From: Bilabrum cf. latius
Lineage: Eukaryota
Direction: 5' to 3'
Length of the DNA: 64,000 bases
Assembly (NCBI GenBank): GCA_965178125.1
Contig: OZ237767.1
Location: 496,001 to 560,000, forward strand
The notes beneath the pieces were generated by a model. It saw only the letters and a list, made by a program, of their open reading frames with translations. It was not told where the DNA came from and did no database searches. This document shows, piece after piece, positions 34,643 to 47,300 of this stretch (position 1 is its first letter; each line of letters starts with the position of its first letter). The position numbers and the translations under genes were made by a program.

Positions 34643-34820
34643 GCGGACAATTTGGCGGCTTGAAACTCTCCGGAGGCACGGGATGCACCATTTGTGTCCA
34701 ATGTGATGAGGAGTGTGACGAGTTTCGATCCGATCCAAATTTGCATGCATCGGGTTCGCCAACCGAAACTGCCTCACCGACTCTATTTTTGCGTTTGCCC
34801 GTAGAGAAGCAGCGCTACAG

Positions 34821-37800
34821 ATGTCAAAATCAGATTCGTATGGTGTAGTGCAACCAAGTGTTAGACAGTTTGTGTACGTGCGCGCCTGAATCGCTACGCT
34901 TGGAGAGACTGAGCACAAACGGCGCGTGCGAAGCCAATCTCTGCGACCGCGCCACCATTTGTGTCTATTTGTCTGCATGTGTGCAGGTAAAGGTCAACAA
35001 AGATCAGATCAATGAGGAATGGGCTGAATGCATTGTGCAGAGCAAGAAGGTAAGCGAGTGCCTGGTGCTGTGGCAAGCAAGATTGCACGTGGCGCAGCTT
35101 TCTTTCGGAATGGACGATCACCTACTCTCACGCAGGGACTGCACCACCGTACATTCGGAGAAGGCCTTGGATTATGTCTAACAGGTGTTATTGGAGGCTT
35201 TGTTGTTGCGCTGGTGGTCATGATTTTGTGGGGTGTCTTTGGTAAGATCTGGGTCACTGCTCTCCAAGCATTCGCATTTGGCAATACCGCCAATTAGTAT
35301 CAGTGTGCAAATGTGAAGTTTGGGAATATGGACTGGATTATTATGGTTCGATGGGTCTGGGATCGCACGTGTCGCTGTCGTCCTGATTCGAACCTCCTCT
35401 CATCGCAGCCGAACAGTCAGAAGGTATATCCGGTGGAGAGCACGCAGGATTTGCCATTATCCTGATTTTTGCCCTAATCGTGCCCTGCTGGTACGTGTGC
35501 TTTATCCACGAAGAGGTTGCCATCGAAAACTGCAGCCTGCCGATGGGTATCCCAGTTGAGGAGCAGGGCGACAAGGACAAGAGGCCCGATAACGTCACCC
35601 CGCCGTACATGAACTCGAGGATCTCTGGGCTGGTGCAGGGTGTGGACGACAAGATCACCCTGCGCAGCCTCTGGGAGCGCAACGTGGCCAAGTTCGGCGC
35701 TCGCAAGGCCATGGGCTTCCGCCGCACCCTGCACACGGTGCACCAGACCGAGGAGCTCCCTCAGAAGGACGGCAGCACCAGGACCAAGATGTTCACTCGT
35801 GTGGTGAAGGAGAACAAGTTCCACTGGCTTTCCTTCCGCGAGTGTGACGAGATCATCATCCCCGTGTCCCGCTGCGTGCGCCACCTGGTGGACTCGTACG
35901 CGCCCGAGATCGAGGGCGACGGCGAGGAGGCGCCCAAGCACTCGGGCATCTACGCCAACACGAGCCACTTCTGGCAGCTGACCTCGCAGGCGTGCTTCCG
36001 CGCTGGGGTGCCCATGGCCACGGTGTACGCCACTCTGGGCGTGGATGGGCTGGCCTACGCGTGCGACATGACCCGCATGACCGTGCTGTTCTGCGAGAAG
36101 AGCACGCTCAAGGCGGTGACCCAGATCGCTGGAGGACACACGATCAAGGAGGGCGCGGACGATGGGTCGGATGTGGTGTGCAACCTGACGAGCATCAAGG
36201 CGGTGGTGGTGCTGGACGCGGAGAACCTGAAGGTGGGCGAGGGCCTGGAGGACTGGGTCTCTGCCGAGGACGTGGCCAAGCTGACCGAGCGCGGGGAGGA
36301 GGCGGGAGGGCCCGTGGAGCTGCTGACCTTCCAGGACGTGCGGACCCGGGGCGCCGGCATCACCGAGGCCGACGGCGAGGAGGCGGCCGCAGCAGCCGGC
36401 GGTGCGGCCGCAGCAGAGGGCGAGGCCAAGGAGGCGAGTCCCACGGTGGTGATCACGCCTCCCCAACCCGATGACACGGCCGTGATCATGTTCACGTCTG
36501 GGTCCACGGGGCTGCCCAAGGGCGTGGACATCCTGCACCGCAACCTCTGCGCGGGGGCTGCTGGGATCGGGGGCCAGGTGCCCGACCTAGGCGCGTTCGC
36601 GGTGAAGGACGGGGCCACTGAGAAGGAGAAGGACTACGACATCTACATCGGGTATCTGCCGCTGGCACACGTGCTGGAGCTTGTGGCAGAGCTGGCGATG
36701 CTGGCTCACGGAGCTGCGGTCGGGTACGGGCACCCCTTCACGCTGACCAACTCTAGCCCGATGGTGATGCTGCCAACCCACGACAAGGAGAACCGCTACC
36801 TGAAAGATGTGGGCGGTATGATGAAGGGAGATGCTCCCCTACTGGCACCGACAGTCATGGCTGGCGTGCCTGCCGTGTTTGACAAGGTCCGCAAGGCGAT
36901 CCTGGCTCGGGTGAAGGGCCGTGGGGCCGTGGCCGCCGCACTGGTGGGCCGAGCCATCTCGGTCAAGACGGACTGCGTGCAGCGCGGGATCGATACCCCA
37001 TTCTGGGACCGCCTCGTCTTCGACAAGATCCGCCTGGAGGCACTCGGCGGCAGGGTGCGGCTTGCCGTGTCGGGCGGCGGGCCCATTTCCAAGGATACGC
37101 AGATCTTCACGAGGATGCTCTTCTGCTGCCCCGTGGGTCAGGGCTACGGGCTCACGGAGACGTGCGGTGGCGGCACCATCCAGTGGCCGACTGACACCGC
37201 GCCCGGGCGCATCGGTGCTCCCATCCTGTCCAACTACATGCGTCTGGAGGACTGGGAGGAGGGCGGGTATTCTGTCCGTTCCAACGCCAAGTCCCAGCTG
37301 CCGCAGGGTGAGATCCACATCGCGGGAGGCAACGTGACCAACGGGTACTACCTCATGCCCGAGAAGACGGCCAAGGAGTTCAAGCCCGACTACGAGGGCG
37401 GGCGCGTGTGGTTCCGGACCGGGGACATCGGGCAGGTGGACGAGGACGGCGTGTTCCGGATCATCGACCGCAAGAAGGACCTGGCCAAGCTCAAGAACGG
37501 GGAGTACATCGCGCTTGGCAAGATCGAGTCGCTGGCCAAGCTGTGCCCCGCGGTGATCCACCTCGTGGCATACGCCAACTCTGAGCATGACTACGCCGTG
37601 GCCGTGGCGGTGGTGCAGAAGTCGGAGCTGCCCGAGCCTCTGAGCGGGCTGGCGGACGAGGACCTGGTGGGCAACGAGCAGGCGGCGGCCGAGATCATCA
37701 AGCAGCTCAAGGCTCTCAATAAGCTGTCGCGGTCCGAGACCCCCACTCGCATCGCCGTGGTGGGCACGGAGGAGTGGAGGCCCGAGACGGACCTGGTGAC

Positions 37801-37873
37801 GGCTTCGCTCAAGTACCAGCGGCGCAAGATCTACGACCGCTTCAAGAACGAGTTCGACGCCATGTACCGCTGA
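34821..37873 (+). CDS. Long-chain acyl-CoA synthetase, copy 2; predicted exons 34821-34877, 34987-35049, 35136-35241, 35409-37873
   Basis: Same AMP-binding motifs as copy 1. GT-AG introns keep phase (2691 nt total). Exon 3 (GLHHRTFGE...LWGVF) is 106 nt, as in copy 1. Ends TGA. Exon 1 is tentative. Confidence 0.9.
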
Positions 37874-38335
37874 GGAGATCGACTCCGTTGTCGTGAGTCA
37901 GATGGTTGCGTTTATTTGGTTTTGCATTTGTTCCGACCAGCGCGACAATTTGCGGTCGGGTACACTAGATGTGTCATGCTGCATCGAAACTTCAGCCACA
38001 AGTTTATACTTGCTGTTTGGAATAGCAATCAATTATCTAGAGATCTAGTAGGCCTAGTCAGCCAGGCTGAGCCAGCCCATGGCCAGCGTTGTGTTCAGGA
38101 ATGTTTGTTCGGCTGCAAAATGTTTGTCTCCGAGAGTCTGCCGCCGCGGCCGCCAAGAGCGACGAGTCGAGCCGAGCACGAAGTAGTGGCTACACTAGCA
38201 TTCGTCTGCGTGTCTTCTCGACCGCAGCCCAGTCTTCTTGTATCGTTTGCGCGTAAGAAATATTAATAAACTCATCGTACTGTTTGTACTGGTGGCATCT
38301 ACACAGCTATCTCCAGTTTTCCCATGCATCGCAGC

Positions 38336-41300
38336 ATGTTGGCCTTGGCTCTTCTGCTCGGGTCTATATCTGCCCAAGGAGCTGACGATCCGCTGTCTGA
38401 CAACCTTGGAACTGGAGTGGATTTGCAGATTCATCTCGATTTCAGCCAGTACACGAGCACATCGACCCGCAGGATCACGACGATCAAGAACTCAGATAAG
38501 GCAGAGCTGACTTCAGGTTCATGGACGCAGTTTCGCATCCCCTACTACTCCTACTCATACATGGCGCCATACCAGTACAGGAATTCCTTTGGTTGCTTTG
38601 GTGGGGCAAATAGTGATGCGATTCTGGAGTACATTCCGTCGAGCGCAGAGCAGTCCGAGATCAACAAGCTCGACATGAACAGCGGGTACAATCGCTACAT
38701 CTTTGCCGTAGGATACGGGACCAGGTATCCCTCGTCTAACTACGAATGGGGAGTCATGAGCAAAGGTGAGCAGATTGACCACAGGCTTTGCTTCAGTCCG
38801 GTAATTCAGTGCGCGAGCACACCACGTACGCACCAATTCACCCAACTCACACCCGGGCCGCAGGCCAAATGTTCGGAAGCTCGCAGTACTACTACTACTA
38901 CGGCTACCAGGCAGGCCGTGGTTGGAATTTTGGCTGGTCCGGCACTAGCGTCTACTACTACTACATCTACACGAATGCAATCTTCGGCTTCGCCGGTCGG
39001 ACAGACTACTACGCCAGCTCCACCGAGCAGGCCCAGGCATCCATCCGGGCACCCTTTCCCGCGAGTCGCTACCTCTATGGCGGTTGGACTGCTTCCGACA
39101 TCCAGGTCATGGTGGGATGGACCGAGAAGGTCGGCAGCTAGCACAAGTTCCACGTAGGCCTGAACGGCGACTTTGGGGATGCCACGGGTGACGCTACTCG
39201 CAACCAGCAGACCTTCCAGGGCATTAGCAGCGCTTACTCGAGCCTGAGCGCGTTTGGCAACATGCGATACCATTCAAGTAAGAAGTGCATATTGCGTGCG
39301 ACGGAATAAAAGAAACAGCGTCTGTGCCATTAGTGCCCAAAGGAGAGCTACCCGTCGTATCTGAAATCTCCCATCGCAGCCAACCGTCTTCGCACGGGCA
39401 AGTTCATGGGCAAGTACTACTCGTACTATAGCTACTACGGCATCTACTACGTGAGTTATATCCGCGCTGACCGACTTGATACCATGCACGAGACTGCTGT
39501 CTGCACCGTGCTAATTGTTGGTGAGGCCAGCAAGGTCTCTGAGATGTGTACAACGTGTGATCTCAGTGTCATCCAGTCCCACTCTTCTAAGTGCAGTACA
39601 CGGTGTACTCTTACGGTGGCGGCATGATGCCGGGTCGGATGGGCGAGTACCTCATCTACACGGCCCCCACCTCTAGTCCCATGTCAATGGCCACGATCAA
39701 GCGCATCAGCGGTTACCTCCAGAAGAAGTACCAGCCCGGCAAGGTGCCTGCTCTGTGGGCGCTGGCTCCAGAGAGCTGGCTCGACGGGTATAGCGATGGA
39801 CTCAGCCGGTCTGGTTGCGGCGCGATGAACAGCACCACCAGCAAGTACGACGATCCGATCTCAGGGGGCAGCTGCTACGCATACTGTGGCTCTGGGCTCA
39901 AGATTGTTCGCGGGTACTACTTGACGTATGACTCGGCTTTTGGCTTCTACACGTATGCGAGGGGCGGCGGGTGGTCGAACGGAGTGCCCCAGTGCGGCTC
40001 GCAGTGCAGCTCGCTGGGCATGCCCGAGAACTCCAAGTCGTGCCGACGCCTCCACACCCAGCTCGAATTTGACAGCAGCGAGTCCGAGAGCATGGACGGG
40101 CCCGCGTGGTACCCCTACCTCGTGCCCTTCAAGCCGGACCAGGTCGCGCTGGAGACCGCCTTCAAGTGGTGGAGCATCAACAGCAACGGACGCCTGGAGC
40201 ACAACGAGCCCAGCGATGACGACGACGATTCAGTCCCCTGCCCCTCTGGTGGCTCCGGCTCCACGGCGGTCGCCTGGAACAAGCTTGTGGCTCACGGCAG
40301 CAAGCACACCTACAGGCATGCCACGGACCGCGAGCTGACCGTGGAGGCCAAATTCATCATCCCCGACGGATCCAAGGCAGCCATCTACCTGAGGCGCGAC
40401 ACGGGCGAGTACAACGGGTACTCGGTGGAGCTGGTGGGCGGAGAGAAAAGGGCACACACATTCACCGAGCGGGCCTACGGGTACGTGGACGGCGCATATG
40501 GGTACACCGACGTCTCGCGGGGCAACTTCAAGGCGGACTGCAGCATCCCCACGGACAGCTCCTCCGAGCCGCAGCACATCAAGGTCGTGCAGAGCAAGAC
40601 AGGTATCAAAGTGTATTGCGGCGGCACCGAGGTGTTCAAGTTCACGTCCACATACTACGACACGTACGGCATGCAGGGCATTGGCGCATCTGGGGACGGC
40701 GTGGAGATCGACGACTTCGAGGTGTCGACTAGTTGCCAGTCGGACACTTAGTGCGACCAGATGTACACGGGGGAGAAGTGCGAGTTCCAGTGCGAAACTG
40801 GATACGTGATTGCAGCCAACACGTCGGCCACTCGAACGTGCGATGCCCAGGGCGATTTTGAGTCGAATGCCCTCGAGTGCAGACCAGCGCCCCCGACACT
40901 GCCCCCCCTGACCAGCCCCTTCGAGGTGGAGGAGCGGTCCAAGCCGGGCACCTTCGTGGGAGTTCCCATCCAGGGCACCACGGCGAGCGAGGACCAGGCC
41001 ATCCTGTGGTACATCAAGCCGGACGGGAACAACGACGGGTCAACCAAGGACGCCAACGGCGACTTCCTGCCCGTCTTCCGTATCGGGGTGTGCGACGGGC
41101 AGATCAAGGTGGCCAACGCGCTCATCGACTACGTCAACCAGCAGAGCTTCACCATCACAGTAATTGGCAAGACGGACGGCGATGACCGGGCCGCCGCCGA
41201 GGTGCAGGTGACCATCAACGTGATTGACGTGAACGACCCGCCCGTCATGGACCAGGCCGACCCCATCCAGGTGGGCGTGGACGAGAACTCGGCCGTGGGC

Positions 41301-44300
41301 ACCAACGTGCTGCCCGGGCCATTCACCGCCACGGACCCTGATGCCACGACGGACTTCAAATGGGCCATTCTGGCCGGTAACGACGACGGCTTCTTCACGA
41401 TCGGCGAGACTACGGGCTAGCTGTCGGTGGCCAAGGAGGGCCTCAACTACGAGGACAAGAAGGAGCACCTGCTCTTCGTGACCGTGGCAGACCCCGACGG
41501 AGCCGACGATGGGAGGCAGGTCAACGTGACGCTGCGTGACGTGAACGACCCCCCAGAGGTGCTCGAGCTGAGCTACACGGTGGAGGAGCTCAACGCCACC
41601 ACGGGCTCAGTCATCACGGTGCTCGAGTCGGAGGACGAGGACGGAGACGACATCACCTACCGCATCGTGTCGGTGTCCAGACTCAGCCCCAGCGTGGATG
41701 GCAACTACCTCACGGACAGTTCCACCACACGCACAGCCCTGGCTGCCGATTACGAAATCGTGGAGCTGCGTGATACGGCTGATCCCAACGACGGCAACCG
41801 CAAGCAGATGCAGTTCACGGTGGATCTGACGTACGACGTGGCCCCTCAGGAGGGCGACCCCATGTACCCGTTCGAGTACGACGGGGAGCTGGTGCGCGCG
41901 GTGTACGAGATCGAGCTGGAGGCGCACGACGGGACGGCCCGGCGCCAGGGCAAGCAGACGCTCATCATCATGTCGGACCTAAGCGCCAGGGACCTCGCGC
42001 AGACCCCCGCCCTGACCGGCATCCAGGTGTGCGACGGTGAGTGCGACGACACAGTCCGCGATGAAGTGGACGTCATCGAGGGCATGCTGACCCGCGGCAC
42101 GTCTGGCTCGCACGTGCAGGGAGTCAAGATCCAGGCCCTTAACCTCGTGGCGGGAGCCCCGCTCGAGGTGACGTACGCGCAGGTTGGGGAGCCCATGCTG
42201 AGCTACACCGCCACGTGCGAGATCAAGAAGTCGGGTAGCTTGGACAGCGAGGGCAACGACGAGGACTACCTCGTGTGCACGGTGCCTCCGGGAGCGGGTA
42301 AGAACTTCCGCTGGAAGGTGGTCATGCGCGGGGACCAGGTGGCAGCCAGCGCCATCCTGTCCACCAGCTATGCCGAGCCTAAAGTGACATCCATCGCGGG
42401 GCCCAACCATTTGACCGAGACCCGGCCCATGAGCACTGCGGGCGGCGAGACGATCGTCCTGACCGGCACCAACCTGGGCTTCGAGGACATCGACCTGAAC
42501 CTGGTGCAGGTCAGGTACGGCTTCGAGGCCGATGTGCCCGAGCCCTTCAACGAGGCCGACTTTGATGACCTCCCCTTCGTGGGTACCGTGCAGGCCTCGG
42601 GCGTAGAGTACGACGAGCTGCAGGTCCGGACTGGGGAGGGGTACGGTTAGAAGCTGAGCCTCTTCGTGCGAGTGGCGGGGCAGGTGAGCCAGGTGCCAGC
42701 AGCGGACCAGATCGAATACGGCGCCCCCGACATCCAGTCCGTGGGCGTGCCTGCTGGTGCCTCGCACAGCCTGGACATGCTGGATTCGGCGGGAGGGCAG
42801 ACGATCGTGATCACGGGCAGCAACTTCGGTCCTCTGGTGGACATCAACGGAAGGGCGCTGCTGCCCAAGGTCACGTACGGCACCAGGCCCAGCACCATCC
42901 CCGGCATCGGATCCACTGCCGACCACGAGTACGTGAGCGATGGCGTGGTTTGCACCAAGGACGTGGCCACTGCGCACACGACCTTGACGTGCACCACGGG
43001 CGCGGGAGTGGGCCGGGACCACTAGGTCAAGGCCGTCATGCCGGGCGATGCCACGGAATCGATCACTCTCGAGAGCAGCCCCTCGTCCCAGAAGTTGAGC
43101 TACCTATCGCCCGTCATCACTCGCGTGTTCGGGCCCGGTGCAAAGGACGCCTCCACATCCGGGGGCGATCTGGTGGAGATTGACGGCGCGCACTTCGGAC
43201 CTGTGGCCATGAACGCCATCGAGGTGGTGCAGTTCGGGCTGGAGAGCGATTTCCCGGCGGGCAGCGAACTGTACGAGATGGACCAGGACGAGGCCACGGG
43301 GGCGTGCGAGGTGGTGCGTGACCCGGCCAGGCATGGTGTCAGCCGCGTCAACTGCCGGCTCATCCCGGGCCGCGGTGCGGGCTACTCTTGGGCTCTGCGC
43401 GTGGGCGGGCAGATGACCGAGGCAATCTTCGAGGCAAACTCGAGCTACTCTGCCCCCACCATCGCGGGCTTCGACGATGTGGCCGATACTGACATGATCG
43501 ACGCAGTGCGGCAAGGACGCACGCAGGGCGGTGACGAGATCGAGATCTACGGCGACAACTTTGGCCCGGTGATGGACGCCAAGGTGGCCATCTCGTACAG
43601 GCTGGTCATGGCCCGTTTCGACGAGAGCGGGAATGCCCTGGATCCCGAGATCAGGACGTTTGCCGTGGATGGCAGCAGCTGCAGCATGGTGGTGGATCAC
43701 AAGCGAATCCGGTGCGAGCTGGCCGTGGGTGGTGGTGCCGACCTCAAGTGGACCATGGTGGTGGACGGACTGACTTCCCGAGACCCGGTGACTGCCTATG
43801 CTCTGCCCGTAATCGACTCGATCGAGCGCTTCAACGGAGATGGGCTGTTTGCCGCCACAGTGGCTGGCGATGCCATGTCGGTGGACCCCATGCCCGCCAT
43901 GCCTCAGGATCGGCAGCTAAGCCCCGAGGGCGGAGACTACGTGGAGCTCGTGGGCCGCAACTTCGGGCCGTCAGGAGACGAGCAGCTGCTGCAGGAGGTG
44001 CGCTTCGGCAACGGGGCCCACCAGTACGTGCTGCGCGAGTCCGAGTACCGCATTATGACGGACCACACGAGGATCAGGGTGCGGGTGCCCCCAGGTGTGG
44101 GAGCTGACCTAAGCTTCGTCGTGGTGGTAGCCGACCAGGAGTCAGCCGAGTCACGGGCCACGGTGTCGTACGCCGCCCCCGAGATCATTTCCATCTCACC
44201 CGCCTTCGGGCATGCCGAGCAGGACGAGTAGAGCCCCCAGATGGTCACGGTGACTGGCAAGCATTTCGGATTTGCGGACGGCAGGTCCACGCTGACGGTC

Positions 44301-47300
44301 GACTTTGGCCACACCGCCGATGGCACGCTGACCACTGGCATCGCCACTGTAGATGCCATGTCTGGCACAGGGCCGTATGTCCCAGCGCCAGCGGGCTCCA
44401 CATACTCCTCGGGGTACGACCGCAGCGCCACGCAGAAGATCAAGTTCGCCCTGCCCTCAGGCCTGGGCCGGGACCGCGCCATCGTGCTGGTCAACTCGCC
44501 CGCGGGATTCTCCCAGCTGGCCCTGCGCAGCGCCGTGGACATGTCGGCCTACACCACCATGGTGACGGAGGGTCCCATCAACGCGTCTGTGGTGGTGAAC
44601 AACCCCACGGTGCTCACCTACCAGAACCCCAGCATCGACTTCCTGTCGCTCGACCCCATCGACGACAGCGGGCCGTACGCCAACGACAAGCTCACGCTCT
44701 TCCCAGGCGTGGAAGGCGTGAAGCTGCTGCGCGTGCACGGACGGAACTTCGGCGCATCGCAGGGCGACCTCAACGACCAGGTCCGCCGCAGCGTGCTCAT
44801 CGCGCCCACGGCCACGCCGGCTGACTTCTCGGCTGTGGCAGATAGAGTGCAGGTGGTGTCGTGGACCGACACTGTGGTGGAGGTGATGACGCCCGTGGAT
44901 GCCGGGTTCGCCAAGGTGGCGCTTGTGTCGCTGTCGTACGACGGCGCCGTGGAGAAGAGCCAGGTGTCTCAAGCAGCTCAGTACTACGACGTGTCCCCTC
45001 AGCTGGCCGGCCTGCAGGGCGCCAATGCATTCAACACGGCGGGCGGAGAGATCCTCGAGCTCAAGGTGGCCCGCATTGGGCAGGCCAACCGTCTAGAGGT
45101 GGATGTGGGCGGGCAGGACTGCCCGCTCGTGCTGCCCAGCGACACCACCCAGTCCGTGTCGGATGCCAACTTCGTGTCGCAGATCCTGGACGCGCAGGTG
45201 TCGGCCGACGGCCAGTACTCCACCCGCATCGAGGCGGACGATGGGTACTTCCAGTGGACCATCACGTGCGTCATGCCATCCGGTCCCGTGGGTGACTTTG
45301 TGAACGACGGATCCAACGTGCCTGTGCTCATCAAGCGGTACTCGCCGGGCAACAACGAGGCCATCGTGTCGGACCCGCAGCACATCTCGTACGCGCCCCC
45401 GACCATCACCGAGGTGCGCGTGTGGCACGACACGTCGCTCGCGCAGCTGGGCCAGCCCGACGAGGTCTTCACCCCTACCGATGGCGTGGTGTACACGCCC
45501 ACTCGCGGAGCCATCATGCAGATCGTGGGTGACAACTTCGGGGTGTGCCCTCAGGTGCGTCTGGGCTTCGGCAACACGTTCGAGCTGGGCGAGCAGTGGC
45601 AGGACGAGACATCCGCGTGCCAGCACCGCACTCAGGATGCTGCGCGCCGCAGCCGCTCGCACACCATGCTGGAGCTGCGCGTGCCCCAGGGCGAGGGCGA
45701 CGGCACGGATCCGGCCCTTGGAGGCATGCCGTTTGCTTTCCGCGTGACGGTGGGCGGGCAGGATTCGCAGCCCATGGTGCACTCCCACACGCCCCCCGCC
45801 ATCCAGAGCGTGACCCTCAACGGCCTGCCCAGGGGACCTACCCGCGGCGGCGTGCGCGTGCTGGTGCGCGGCACCAACTTCGGCGAGCCCAGCCCGCTTC
45901 AGGTGGACACTGGGGTGGTAGCTCAGCTGGCCGTGCACATCGGTCGCGACAGCCCTCTCTCCCAGGAGCGCGCCGCCGAGCAGGAGATCACCGACACGAG
46001 CGCGCCCGGCATGCTCAACTGCTCCAACCCCGTGCGCATCCCCGCGCCCGCCAACCGCCCCGCCTACGACGAGATCGAGTGCACCCTGGCTGAGGGCACC
46101 GGCGCTCGCCTGGATGCAGTGATCGACGTGGCCGGGGTGCAGTCGGAGCCGCTGGTGGACGCCTTCGCCTACATGAAGCCCTCCATCACGGGCGCCACGG
46201 TGTTTGCCGCCACTGCCAGCCAGGAGGTGGTGCAGGCCGAGGACGGCAGCACGCAGGTGACGGTGCGCAGGGGCCCCGCGGCGGGCTTCTACGAGGTCGA
46301 GCTGGACGGCGAGAACTTTGGAGCCAGGGACAACGACACTTCGTGCGCCTTTGTGGCGTGGCCCAACAGGGACGCCGAGGAGGGCGCGGCGCCGCTGGGC
46401 ACTCGCCTGCGGAACCTCGTGTGCGACCAGTCCGAGACCGTGTACGGCGAGGGCGAGGTGTGGCACGGGCACGTGCTGAGCTGGACCCACGACAGGGTGC
46501 GTCTGCTGATGCCTCCGGGCGTGGGCATGCGCGACATCACCCTGCGCGTGCGTGGGCAGCAGCCCGAGGGCGCCATGCAAGGGCCGAAGCTCAGGGGTGT
46601 GCAGGCAGGCATCGAGGGTGTGGCGTTCCAGTACAACGACCCCGAGATTGACTCGATCGAGGCGCTGCCCAACAGCGTGTACGACGTCCCCACGGCGGGA
46701 GGGGCGCAGCTCGTGCTCAAGGGCAGGAACTTCGGCCGCGGGCCCATCACCAGCCCGGTGGTGCTGCAGTCCGCATCGCAGACCTTCCAGGCAGGCAGCG
46801 TGCCGCTGCCCCTGCATACCCCCGAGGGCGATGGTGAGCTGGACATGGGCACCAGCAGCCTGCCGCAGGGCGTGCTGCCCACGGCCGGTATGGCGGTGCA
46901 GTTCTACCGTGCCTGCCTCTCCGTGGCGCGAGGCCTGGATGGCACCTCCCAGCTGGGCCCCGACTCGGCTGTGGCGCAGTCGGAGCTGGCAGTGACAGGC
47001 CTCGAGGGGTGCTCGGCGCGGGCCAGCTGGACCCGCGGAGTGCCCACCATCGTGAGGCACCAGGACAACGAGATCGTGTTCGTGACCCCCGAGGGCCTGG
47101 GCACCAACCGGGAGGTGATGGTGTCTCACTTCGAGCAGAACCCGTCTGCCCCAGTAACTGACGGCGACGTGCTGGAGATCCGTAGCAACGTGCTGCTGGT
47201 CAACTACTCGAGGCCGTTCATCACGTCCGTGACTCCGCAGACCGTGGAGATCCGCGAGCTAGAGGGCAGGCACCCCATCACCATCAAGGGCAGGAACTTC

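Noticed and set aside
45093-47129. Long antisense ORFs (678 aa here and its mirror 53836-55872; also 33-1031, 21384-22613, 30291-31475 and similar)
   Set aside because: They are shadows of GC-rich coding sequence on the opposite strand and show no recognisable motifs.
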